Assembly: GCF_009914755.1 (NCBI RefSeq)
Contig: NC_060943.1
Direction: 5' to 3' (one strand)
Origin: the human T2T-CHM13v2.0 reference genome, Homo sapiens
DNA: 64,000 nucleotides
Each line of letters opens with the position of its first letter. Position 1 is the first letter of the stretch. Made by a program: the position numbers and the translations under genes. This document shows positions 24,201-36,519 of this stretch, in pieces. The notes beneath the pieces were generated by a model. The model saw nothing but the letters and a program-made list of their open reading frames with translations. It was not told where the DNA came from and made no database searches.

Positions 24201-27200
24201 CTCCTTTGTGATGTGTGCGTTCAACTCACAGAGTTTAACCTTTCTTTTCATAGAGCAGTTAGGAAACACTCTGTTTGTAAAGTCTGCAAGTGGATATTCA
24301 GACATCTTTGAGGCTTTCTTTGGAAACGGGATTTCTTCATATTCTGCTAGACAGAAGAATTCTCAGAAACTTCCTTGTGTTGTGTGTTTTCAACTCACAG
24401 AGTTGAACGATCCTTTACACAGAGCAGACTTGAAACACTCTTTTTGTGGAATTTGCAAGTTGAGATTTCAGCCGCTTTGAGGTCAATGGTAGAAAAGGAA
24501 ATATCTTCGTATAAAAACTAGACAGAATGATTCTCAGAAACTCCTTTGTGATGTGTGCGTTCAACTCACAGAGTTTAACCTTTGTTTTCATAGAGCAGTT
24601 AGGAAACACTCTGTTTGTAAAGTCTGCAAGTGGCTATTCAGACCTCTTTGAGGCCTTCTTTGGAAACGGGATTTCTTCATATTACGCTAGACAGAAGAAT
24701 TCTCAGTAACTTCCTTGTGTTGTGTGTATTCAACTCACAGAGTTGAACGATCCTTTACACAGAGCAGACTTGAAACACTCTTTTCGTGGAATTTGCAAGT
24801 GGAGATTTCAGCCGCTTTGAGGTCAATGGTAGAAAAGGAAATATCTTCGTATAAAAACTAGACAGAATGATTCTCAGAAACTCTTTTGTGATGTGTGCGT
24901 TCAACTCACAGAGTTTAACCTTTCTTTTCATAGAGCAGTTAGGAAACACTCTGTTTGTAAAGGCTGCACGTGGATATTTGGACTTCTTTGAGGCCTTCAT
25001 TGGAAACGGGTTTTTTTCATGTAAGGCTAGACAGAAGAATTCTCAGTAACTTCCTTGTGTTGTGTGTATTCAACTGACAGAGTTGAACTTTCATTTAGAG
25101 AGAGCAGATTTGAAACACTGTTTTTGTGGAATTTGCAAGTGGAGATTTCAAGCGCTGTGGGGCCAAAGGCAGAAAAGGAAATATCTTCGTATAAAAACTA
25201 GACATAATCATTCTCAGAAACTGCTCTGTGATGTGTGCGTTCAACTCTCAGAGTTTAACTTTTCTTTTCATTCAGCAGTTTGGAAACACTCTGTTTGTAA
25301 AGTCTGCACGTGGATATTTTGAACACTTCGAGGCCTTCGTTGGAAACGGGTTTTTTTCATGTAAGGCTAGACTGAAGAATTCCCAGTAACTTCCTTGTGT
25401 TGTGTGCATTCAACTCACAGAGTTGAACGTTCCCTTAGACAGAGCAGATTTGAAACACTCTATTTGTGCAATTTGCAAGTGTAGATTTCAAGCGCTTTAA
25501 GGTCAATGGCAGAAAAGGAAATATCTTCGTATAAAAACTAGACAGGATGATTCTCATAAACTCCTTTGTGATGTGTGCGGTCAACTCACAGAGTTTAACC
25601 TTTCTTTTCATAGAGCAGTTAGGAAACACTCTGTTTGTAAAGTCTGCAAGAGGATATTCAGACCTCTTTGAGGCTTTCTTTGGAAACGGGATTTCTTCAT
25701 ATTCTGCTAGACAGAAGAGTTCTCAGAAACTTCCTTGTGTTGTGTGTATTCAACTCACAGAGTTGAACGATCCTTTACGCAGAGCAGACTTGAAACACTC
25801 TTTTTGTGGAATTTGCAAGTGGAGATTTCAGCCGCTTTGAGGTCAATGGTAGAATAGGAAATATCTTCCTATAGAAACTAGACAGAATGATTCTCAGAAA
25901 CTCCTTTGTGATGTGTGCGTTCAACTCACAGAGTATAACCTTTCTTTTCATAGAGCAGTTAGGAAACACTCTGTTTGTAAAGTGTGCAAGTGGATATTCA
26001 GACCTCTTTGAGGCCTTCGTTGGAAACGGCATTTCTTCATAATATGCTAGACAGAAGAATTCTCAGTAACTTCCTTGTGTTGTGTGTATGCATCTCACTG
26101 AGTTGAACGATCCTTTGCACAGAGCAGACTTGAAACACTCTTTTTGTGGAATTTGCAAGTGGAGATTTCAGCCGCTTTGAGGTCAATGGTAGAAAAGGAA
26201 ATATCTTCGTATAAAAACTAGACAGAATGATTCTCAGAAACTCCTTTGTGATGTGTGCGTTCAACTCACAGAGTTTAACCTTTCTTTTCATAGAGCAGTT
26301 AGGAAACACTCTGTTTGTAAAGTCTGCAAGTGGATATTCAGACCTCTTTGAGGCCTTCGTTGGAAACGGGATTTCTTCATATTCTGCTAGACAGAAGAAT
26401 TCTCAGTAACTTCCTTCTGTTGTGTGTATTCAACTCACAGAGTTCAACGATCCTTTACACAGAGCAGACTTGAAACACTGTTTTCGTGGAATTTGCAAGT
26501 GGAGATTTCAACCGCTTTGAGGTCAATTGTAGAAAAGGAAATATCTTCGTATAAAAACTAGACAGAATGATTCTCAGAAACTCCTTTGTGTTGTGTGCGT
26601 TCAACTCACAGAGTTTAAACTTTCTTTTCATAGAGCAGTTAGGAAACACTCTGTTTGTAAAGTCTGCAAGTGGATATTCAGACCTCTTTGAGGCCTTCTT
26701 TGGAAACGGGATTTCTTCATATTATGCTAGACAGAAGAATTCTCAGTAACTTCCTTGTGTTGTGTGTATTCAACTCACAGAGTTTAATGATCCTTTACGC
26801 AGAGCAGACTTGAAACAATCTTTTTGTGGAATTTGCAAGTGGAGATTTCAGCCGCTTTGATGTCAATGGTAGAATAGGAAATATCTTCCTATAGAAACTA
26901 GACAGAATGATTCTCAGAAACTCCTTTGTGATGTGTGCGTTCAACTCACAGAGTATAACCTTTCTTTTCATAGAGCAGTTAGGAAACACTCTGTTTGTAA
27001 AGTCTGCAAGTGGATATTCAGACATCTTTGAGGTTTTCTTTGGAAACGGGATTTATTACTATTCTGCTAGACAGAAGAATTCTCAGAAACTTCCTTGTGT
27101 TGTGTGTTTTCAACTCACAGAGTTGAACGATCCTTTACACAGAGCAGACTTGAAACACTCTTTTTGTGGAATTTGCAAAGTGGAGATTTCAGCCGCTTTG

Positions 27201-30200
27201 AGGTCAATGGTAGAAAAGGAAATATCTTCGTATAAAAACTAGACAGAATGATTATCAGAAACTCCTTTGTGATGTGTGCGTTCAACTCAGAGAGTTTAAC
27301 CTTTCTTTTCATAGAGCAGTTAGGAAACACTCCGTTTGTAAAGTCTGCAAGTGGATATTCAGACCTCTTTGAGGCCTTCTTTGGAAACGGGATTTCTTCA
27401 TATTATGCTAGACAGAAGAATTCTCAGTAACTTCCTTGTGTTGTGTGTTTTCAACTCACAGAGTTGAACGATCCTTTACACAGAGCAGACTTGAAACACT
27501 CTTTTTGTGGAATTTGCAAGTGGAGATTTCAGCCGCTTTGAGGTCAATGGTAGAAAAGGAAATATCTTCGTATAAAAACTAGACAGAATGTTTCTCAGAA
27601 ACTCCTTTGTGATGTGTGCGTTCAACTCACAGAGTTTAACCTTTCTTTTCATAGAGCAGTTAGGAAACACTCTGTTTGTAAAGTCTGCACGTGGATATCT
27701 GGACTTCTTTGAGGCCTCCGTTGGAAACGGGTTTTTTTCATGTAAAGCTAGACAGAAGAATTCTCAGTAACTTCCTTGTATTGTGTGTATTCAACTGACA
27801 GAGTTGAACTTTCATTTAGAGAGAGCAGATTTGTAACACTCTTTTTGTGGAATTTGCAAGTGGAGATTTCAAGCGCTTTGCGGTCAATGGCAGAAAAGGA
27901 AATATCATCGTATAAAAACTAGACAGAATCATTCTCAGAAACTGCTCTGTGATGTGTGCGTTCAACTCTCAGAGTTTAACTTTTCTTTTCATTCAGCAGT
28001 TTGGAAACACTCTGTTTGTAAAGTCTGCACGTGGATATTTTGACCACTTAGAGGCCTTCGTTGAAAACGGGTTCTTTCATGTAAGGCTAGACAGAAGAAT
28101 TCCCAGTAATTTCCTTGTATTGTGTGCATTCAACTCACAGAGTTGAACGTTCCCTTAGACAGAGCAGATTTGAAACACTCTATTTGTGCAATTTGCAAGT
28201 GTAGATTTCAAGCGCTTTAAGGTCAATGGCAGAAAAGGAAATATCTTCGTTTCAAAACTAGACAGAATCATTCCCACAAACTGCATTGTGATGTGTTAGT
28301 TCAACTCACAGAGTTTAACCGTTCTGTTCATAGAGCAGTTAGGAAACACTCTGTTTGTAAAGTCTGAAAGTGGATATTCAGACCTCTTTGAGGCCTTCGT
28401 TGGAAACGGGATTTCTTCATATTCTGCTAGACCGAAGAATTCTCAGTAACTTCCTTGTGTTGTGTGTATTCAACTCACAGAGTTGAACGATCCTTTACAC
28501 AGAGCAGACTTGAAACACTCTATTTGTGGAATTTGCAAGTGGAGATTTCAGCCGCTTTGAGGTCAATGGTAGAAAAGGAAATATCTTCGTATAAAAACTA
28601 GACAGAATGATTCTCAGAAACTCCTTTGTGATGTGTGCGTTCAACTCACAGAGTTTAACCTTTCTTTTCATAGAGCAGTTAGGAAACACTCTGTTTGTAA
28701 AGTCTGCAAGTGGATTCTCAGTCCTCTTTGAGGTCTTCTTTGGAAACGGCATTTCTTCATATTATGCTAGACAGAAGAATTCTCAGTAACTTCCTTGTGT
28801 TGTGTGTATGCAACTCACAGAGTTGAACGATCCTTTACACAGAGCAGACTTGAAACACTCTTTTTGTGGAATTTGCAAGTGGAGATTTCAGCCGCTTTGA
28901 GGTCAATGGTAGAATAGGAAATATCTTCCTATAGAAACTAGACAGAATGATTCTCAGAAACTCCTTTGTGAAGTGTGCGTTCAACTCAGAGTTTAACCTT
29001 TCTTTTCATAGAGCAGTAAGGAAACACTCTGTTTGTAAAGTCTGCAAGTGGATATTCAGACATCTTTGAGGCTGTCTTTGGAAACGGGATTTCTTCATAT
29101 TCTGCTAGACAGAAGATTTCTCAGAAACTTCCTTGTGTTGTGTGTTTTCAACTCACAGAGTTGAACGATCCTTTACACAGAGCAGACTTGAAACACTCTT
29201 TTTGTGGAATTTGCAAGTGGAGATTTCAGCCGCTTTGAGGTCAATTGTAGAAAAGGAAATATCTTCGTATAAAAACTAGACAGAATGATTCTCAGAAACT
29301 CCTTTGTGATGTGTGCATTCAACTCACAGAGTTTAACCTTTCTTTTCATAGAGCAGTTAGGAAACACTCTGTTTGTAAAGTCTGCAAGTGGATATTCAGA
29401 CCTCTTTGATGCCTTCGTTGGAAACGGGATTTCTTCATATTCTGCTAGACAGAAGAATTCTCAGTAACTTCCTTGTGTTGTGTGTATTCAACTCACAGAG
29501 TTGAACGATCCTTTACACAGAGCCGACTTGAAACACTCTTTTTGTGGAATTTGCAAGTGGAGATTTCAGCCGCTTTGAGGTCAATGGTGGAAAAGGAAAT
29601 ATCTTCGTACAAAAACTAGACAGAATGATTCTCAGAAACTCCTTTGTGATGTGTGCATTCAACTCACAGAGTTTAACCTTTCTTTTCATAGAGCAGTTAG
29701 GAAACACTCTGTTTGTAAAGGCTGCACGTGGATATTTGGACTTCTTTGAGGCCTTCGTTGGAAACGGGTTTTTTTCATATAAGGCTAGACAGAAGAATTC
29801 TCAGTAACTTCCTTGTGTTGTGTGTATTCAACTGACAGAGTTGAACTTTCATTTAGAGAGAGCAGATTTATAACACTGTTTTTGTGGAATTTGCAAGTGG
29901 AGATTTCAAGCGCTTTGGGGCCAAAGGCAGAAAAGGAAATATCTTCGTATAAAAACTAGACAGAATCATTCTCAGAAACTGCTCTGTGATGTGTGCGTTC
30001 AACTCTCAGAGTTTAACTTTTCTTTTCATTCAGCAGTTTGGAAACACTCTGTTTGTAAAGTCTGCACGTGGATATTTTGACCACTTAGAGGCCTTCGTTG
30101 GAAACGGGTTTTTTTCATGTAAGGCTAGACAGAAGAATTCCCAGTAATTTCCTTGTATTGTGTGCATTCAACTCACAGAGTTGAACGTTCCCTTAGACAG

Positions 30201-33200
30201 AGCAGATTTGAAACACTCTATTTGTGCAATTTGCAAGTGTAGATTTCAAGCGCTTTAAGGTCAATGGCAGAAAAGGAAATATCTTCGTTTCAAAACTAGA
30301 CAGAATCATTCCCACAAACTGCATTGTGATGTGTTCGTTCAACTCACAGAGTTTAACCTTTCTGTTCATAGAGCAGTTAGGAAACACTCTGTTTGTAAAG
30401 TCTGCAAGTGGATATTCAGACCTCTTTGAGGCCTTCGTTGGAAACGGGATTTCTTCATATTCTGCTAGACAGAAGAATTCTCAGTAACTTCCTTGTGTTG
30501 TGTGTATTCAACTCACAGAGTTGAACGATCCTTTACACAGACTAGACTTGAAACACTCTTTTTGTGGAATTTGCAAGTGGAGATTTCAGCCGCTTTGAGG
30601 TCAATGGTAGAAAAGGAAATATCTTCGTATAAAAACTAGACAGAATGATTCTCAGAAACTCCTTTGTGATGTGTGCGTTCAACTCACAGAGTTTAACCTT
30701 TCTTTTCATAGAGCAATTAGGAAACACTCTGTTTGTAAAGTCTGCAAGTGGATACTCAGACCTCTTTGAGGCCTTCTTTGGAAACGGCATTTCTTCATAT
30801 TATGCTAGACAGAAGAATTCTCAGTAACTTCCTTGTGTTGTGTGTATGCAACTCACAGAGTTGAACGATCCTTTACACAGAGCAGACTTGAAACACTCTT
30901 TTTGTGGAATTTGCAAGTGGAGATTTCGGCCGCTTTGAGGTCAATGGTAGAATAGGAAATATCTTCCTATAGAAACTAGACAGAATGATTCTCAGAAACT
31001 CCTTTGTGATGTGTGCGTTCAACTCACAGAGTTTAACCTTTCTTTTCATAGAGCAGTTAGGAAACACTCTGTTTGTAAAGTCTGCAAGTGGATATTCAGA
31101 CATCTTTGAGGCTTTCTTTGGAAACGGGATTTCTTCATATTCTGCTAGACAGAAGAATTCTCAGAAACTTCCTTGTGTTGTGTGTTTTCAACTCACAGAG
31201 TTGAACGATCCTTTACACAGAGCAGACTTGAAACACTCTTTTTGTGGAATTTGCAAGTTGAGATTTCAGCCGCTTTGAGGTCAATGGTAGAAAAGGAAAT
31301 ATCTTCGTATAAAAACTAGACAGAATGATTCTCAGAAACTCCTTTGTGATGTGTGCGTTCAACTCACAGAGTTTAACCTTTGTTTTCATAGAGCAGTTAG
31401 GAAACACTCTGTTTGTAAAGTCTGCAAGTGGCTATTCAGACCTCTTTGAGGCCTTCTTTGGAAACGGGATTTCTTCATATTACGCTAGACAGAAGAATTC
31501 TCAGTAACTTCCTTGTGTTGTGTGTATTCAACTCACAGAGTTGAACGATCCTTTACACAGAGCAGACTTGAAACACTCTTTTCGTGGAATTTGCAAGTGG
31601 AGATTTCAGCCGCTTTGAGGTCAATGGTAGAAAAGGAAATATCTTCGTATAAAAACTAGACAGAATGATTCTCAGAAACTCTTTTGTGATGTGTGCGTTC
31701 AACTCACAGAGTTTAACCTTTCTTTTCATAGAGCAGTTAGGAAACACTCTGTTTGTAAAGGCTGCACGTGGATATTTGGACTTCTTTGAGGCCTTCATTG
31801 GAAACGGGTTTTTTTCATGTAAGGCTAGACAGAAGAATTCTCAGTAACTTCCTTGTGTTGTGTGTATTCAACTGACAGAGTTGAACTTTCATTTAGAGAG
31901 AGCAGATTTGAAACACTGTTTTTGTGGAATTTGCAAGTGGAGATTTCAAGCGCTGTGGGGCCAAAGGCAGAAAAGGAAATATCTTCGTATAAAAACTAGA
32001 CATAATCATTCTCAGAAACTGCTCTGTGATGTGTGCGTTCAACTCTCAGAGTTTAACTTTTCTTTTCATTCAGCAGTTTGGAAACACTCTGTTTGTAAAG
32101 TCTGCACGTGGATATTTTGAACACTTCGAGGCCTTCGTTGGAAACGGGTTTTTTTCATGTAAGGCTAGACTGAAGAATTCCCAGTAACTTCCTTGTGTTG
32201 TGTGCATTCAACTCACAGAGTTGAACGTTCCCTTAGACAGAGCAGATTTGAAACACTCTATTTGTGCAATTTGCAAGTGTAGATTTCAAGCGCTTTAAGG
32301 TCAATGGCAGAAAAGGAAATATCTTCGTATAAAAACTAGACAGGATGATTCTCATAAACTCCTTTGTGATGTGTGCGGTCAACTCACAGAGTTTAACCTT
32401 TCTTTTCATAGAGCAGTTAGGAAACACTCTGTTTGTAAAGTCTGCAAGAGGATATTCAGACCTCTTTGAGGCTTTCTTTGGAAACGGGATTTCTTCATAT
32501 TCTGCTAGACAGAAGAGTTCTCAGAAACTTCCTTGTGTTGTGTGTATTCAACTCACAGAGTTGAACGATCCTTTACGCAGAGCAGACTTGAAACACTCTT
32601 TTTGTGGAATTTGCAAGTGGAGATTTCAGCCGCTTTGAGGTCAATGGTAGAATAGGAAATATCTTCCTATAGAAACTAGACAGAATGATTCTCAGAAACT
32701 CCTTTGTGATGTGTGCGTTCAACTCACAGAGTATAACCTTTCTTTTCATAGAGCAGTTAGGAAACACTCTGTTTGTAAAGTGTGCAAGTGGATATTCAGA
32801 CCTCTTTGAGGCCTTCGTTGGAAACGGCATTTCTTCATAATATGCTAGACAGAAGAATTCTCAGTAACTTCCTTGTGTTGTGTGTATGCATCTCACTGAG
32901 TTGAACGATCCTTTGCACAGAGCAGACTTGAAACACTCTTTTTGTGGAATTTGCAAGTGGAGATTTCAGCCGCTTTGAGGTCAATGGTAGAAAAGGAAAT
33001 ATCTTCGTATAAAAACTAGACAGAATGATTCTCAGAAACTCCTTTGTGATGTGTGCGTTCAACTCACAGAGTTTAACCTTTCTTTTCATAGAGCAGTTAG
33101 GAAACACTCTGTTTGTAAAGTCTGCAAGTGGATATTCAGACCTCTTTGAGGCCTTCGTTGGAAACGGGATTTCTTCATATTCTGCTAGACAGAAGAATTC

Positions 33201-34916
33201 TCAGTAACTTCCTTGTGTTGTGTGTATTCAACTCACAGAGTTCAACGATCCTTTACACAGAGCAGACTTGAAACACTGTTTTCGTGGAATTTGCAAGTGG
33301 AGATTTCAACCGCTTTGAGGTCAATTGTAGAAAAGGAAATATCTTCGTATAAAAACTAGACAGAATGATTCTCAGAAACTCCTTTGTGTTGTGTGCGTTC
33401 AACTCACAGAGTTTAAACTTTCTTTTCATAGAGCAGTTAGGAAACACTCTGTTTGTAAAGTCTGCAAGTGGATATTCAGACCTCTTTGAGGCCTTCTTTG
33501 GAAACGGGATTTCTTCATATTATGCTAGACAGAAGAATTCTCAGTAACTTCCTTGTGTTGTGTGTATTCAACTCACAGAGTTTAATGATCCTTTACGCAG
33601 AGCAGACTTGAAACAATCTTTTTGTGGAATTTGCAAGTGGAGATTTCAGCCGCTTTGATGTCAATGGTAGAATAGGAAATATCTTCCTATAGAAACTAGA
33701 CAGAATGATTCTCAGAAACTCCTTTGTGATGTGTGCGTTCAACTCACAGAGTATAACCTTTCTTTTCATAGAGCAGTTAGGAAACACTCTGTTTGTAAAG
33801 TCTGCAAGTGGATATTCAGACATCTTTGAGGTTTTCTTTGGAAACGGGATTTATTACTATTCTGCTAGACAGAAGAATTCTCAGAAACTTCCTTGTGTTG
33901 TGTGTTTTCAACTCACAGAGTTGAACGATCCTTTACACAGAGCAGACTTGAAACACTCTTTTTGTGGAATTTGCAAAGTGGAGATTTCAGCCGCTTTGAG
34001 GTCAATGGTAGAAAAGGAAATATCTTCGTATAAAAACTAGACAGAATGATTATCAGAAACTCCTTTGTGATGTGTGCGTTCAACTCAGAGAGTTTAACCT
34101 TTCTTTTCATAGAGCAGTTAGGAAACACTCCGTTTGTAAAGTCTGCAAGTGGATATTCAGACCTCTTTGAGGCCTTCTTTGGAAACGGGATTTCTTCATA
34201 TTATGCTAGACAGAAGAATTCTCAGTAACTTCCTTGTGTTGTGTGTTTTCAACTCACAGAGTTGAACGATCCTTTACACAGAGCAGACTTGAAACACTCT
34301 TTTTGTGGAATTTGCAAGTGGAGATTTCAGCCGCTTTGAGGTCAATGGTAGAAAAGGAAATATCTTCGTATAAAAACTAGACAGAATGATTCTCAGAAAC
34401 TCCTTTGTGATGTGTGCGTTCAACTCACAGAGTTTAACCTTTCTTTTCATAGAGCAGTTAGGAAACACTCTGTTTGTAAAGTCTGCACGTGGATATCTGG
34501 ACTTCTTTGAGGCCTCCGTTGGAAACGGGTTTTTTTCATGTAAAGCTAGACAGAAGAATTCTCAGTAACTTCCTTGTATTGTGTGTATTCAACTGACAGA
34601 GTTGAACTTTCATTTAGAGAGAGCAGATTTGTAACACTCTTTTTGTGGAATTTGCAAGTGGAGATTTCAAGCGCTTTGCGGTCAATGGCAGAAAAGGAAA
34701 TATCATCGTATAAAAACTAGACAGAATCATTCTCAGAAACTGCTCTGTGATGTGTGCGTTCAACTCTCAGAGTTTAACTTTTCTTTTCATTCAGCAGTTT
34801 GGAAACACTCTGTTTGTAAAGTCTGCACGTGGATATTTTGACCACTTAGAGGCCTTCGTTGAAAACGGGTTCTTTCATGTAAGGCTAGACAGAAGAATTC
34901 CCAGTAATTTCCTTGT
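21280..34916 (+). repeat. Near-identical tandem duplication, period 6798 bp (40 monomers: 12+12+16)
   Basis: ORF-track entries from 21697 to 27949 recur at +6798. Private indels are shared (2 bp deletion at ~22190/28988; +A in TTTGCAAAG at ~27178/33976). I spotted only two differences: 26417 C vs 33215 G, and 27591 T vs 34389 A. Confidence 0.93.
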
Positions 34917-36519
34917 GTTGTGTGCATTCAACTCACAGAGTTGAACGTTCCCTTAGACAGAGCAGATTTGAAACACTCTATTTGTGCAATTTGCAAGTGT
35001 AGATTTCAAGCGCTTTAAGGTCAATGGCAGAAAAGGAAATATCTTCATTTCAAAACTAGACAGAATCATTCCCACAAACTGCATTGTGATGTGTTCGTTC
35101 AACTCACAGAGTTTAACCTTTCTGTTCATAGAGCAGTTAGGAAACACTCTGTTTGTAAAGTCTGTAAGTGGATATTCAGACCTCTTTGAGGCCTTCGTTG
35201 GAAACGGATTTCTTCATATTCTGCTAGACAGAAGAATTCTCAGTAACTTCCTTGTGTTGTGTGTATTCAACTCACAGAGTTGAACGATCCTTTACACAGA
35301 GCAGACTTGAAACACTCTTTTTCTGGAATTTGCAAGTGGAGATTTCAGCCTCTTTGAGGTCAATGGTAGAAAAGGAAATATCTTCGTATAAAAACTAGAC
35401 AGAATGATTCTCAGAAACTCCTTTGTGATGTGTGCGTTCAACTCACAGAGTTTAACCTTTCTTTTCATAGAGCAGTTAGGAAACACTCTGTTTGTAAAGT
35501 CTGCAAGTGGATATTCAGACCTCTTTGAGGCCTTCGTTGGAAACGGGATTTCTTCATATTATGCTAGACAGAAGAATTCTCAGTAACTTCCTTGTGTTGT
35601 GTGTATTCAACTCACAGAGTTGAACGATCCTTCACACAGAGCAGACTTGAAACACTCTTTTTGTGGAATTTGCAAGTGGAGATTTCAGCCGCTTTGAGGT
35701 CAATGGTAGAAAAGGAAATATCTTCGTATAAAAACTAGACAGAATGATTCTCAGAAACTCCTTTGTGATGTGTGCGTTCAAGTCACAGAGTTTAACCTTT
35801 CTTTTCATAGAGCAGTTAGGAAACACTCTGTTTGTAAATTCTGCATGTGGATATTCAGACCTCTTTGAGGCCTTCGTTGGAAACGAGATTTCTTCATATT
35901 CTGCTAGACAGAAGAATTCTCAGTAACTTCCTTGTGTTGTGTGTATTCAACTTACAGAGTTGAACGATCCTTTACACAGAACAGACTTGAAACACTGTTT
36001 TTGTGGAATTTGCAAGTGGAGATTTCAGCCGCTTTGTGGTCAATGGTAGAATAGGAAATATGTTCCTATAGAAACTAGACAGAATGATTCTCAGAAACTC
36101 CTTTGTGATGTGTGCGTTCAACTCACAGAGTTTAACCTTTCTTTTCATAGAGCAGTTAGGAAACACTCTGTATGTAAAGTCTGCAAGTGGCTATTCAGAC
36201 CTCTTTGAGGCCTTCTTTGGAAACGGGATTTCTTCATATTATGTTAGAGAGAAGAATTCTCAGTAACTTCCTTGTGTTGTGTGTATTCAACTCACAGAGT
36301 TGAACGATCCTTTACACAGAGCAGACTAGAAACACTCTTTTTGTGGAATTTGCAAGTGGAGATTTCAGCCGCTTTGAGGTCAATGGTAGAAAAGGAAATA
36401 TCTTCGTATAAAAACTAGACAGAATGATTCTCAGAAACTCCTTTGTGATGTGTGCGTTCAACTCACAGAGTTTAAGCTTTCTTTTCATAGAGCAGTTAGG
36501 AAACACTCTGTAAAGTCTG

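Noticed and set aside
36505-36515. Small isolated deletions (4 bp here, 2 bp at ~57812, 3 bp at ~60937) and 1 bp homopolymer changes
   Set aside because: These are ordinary slippage-type indels or possible sequencing errors, seen once each. They are useful only as markers.
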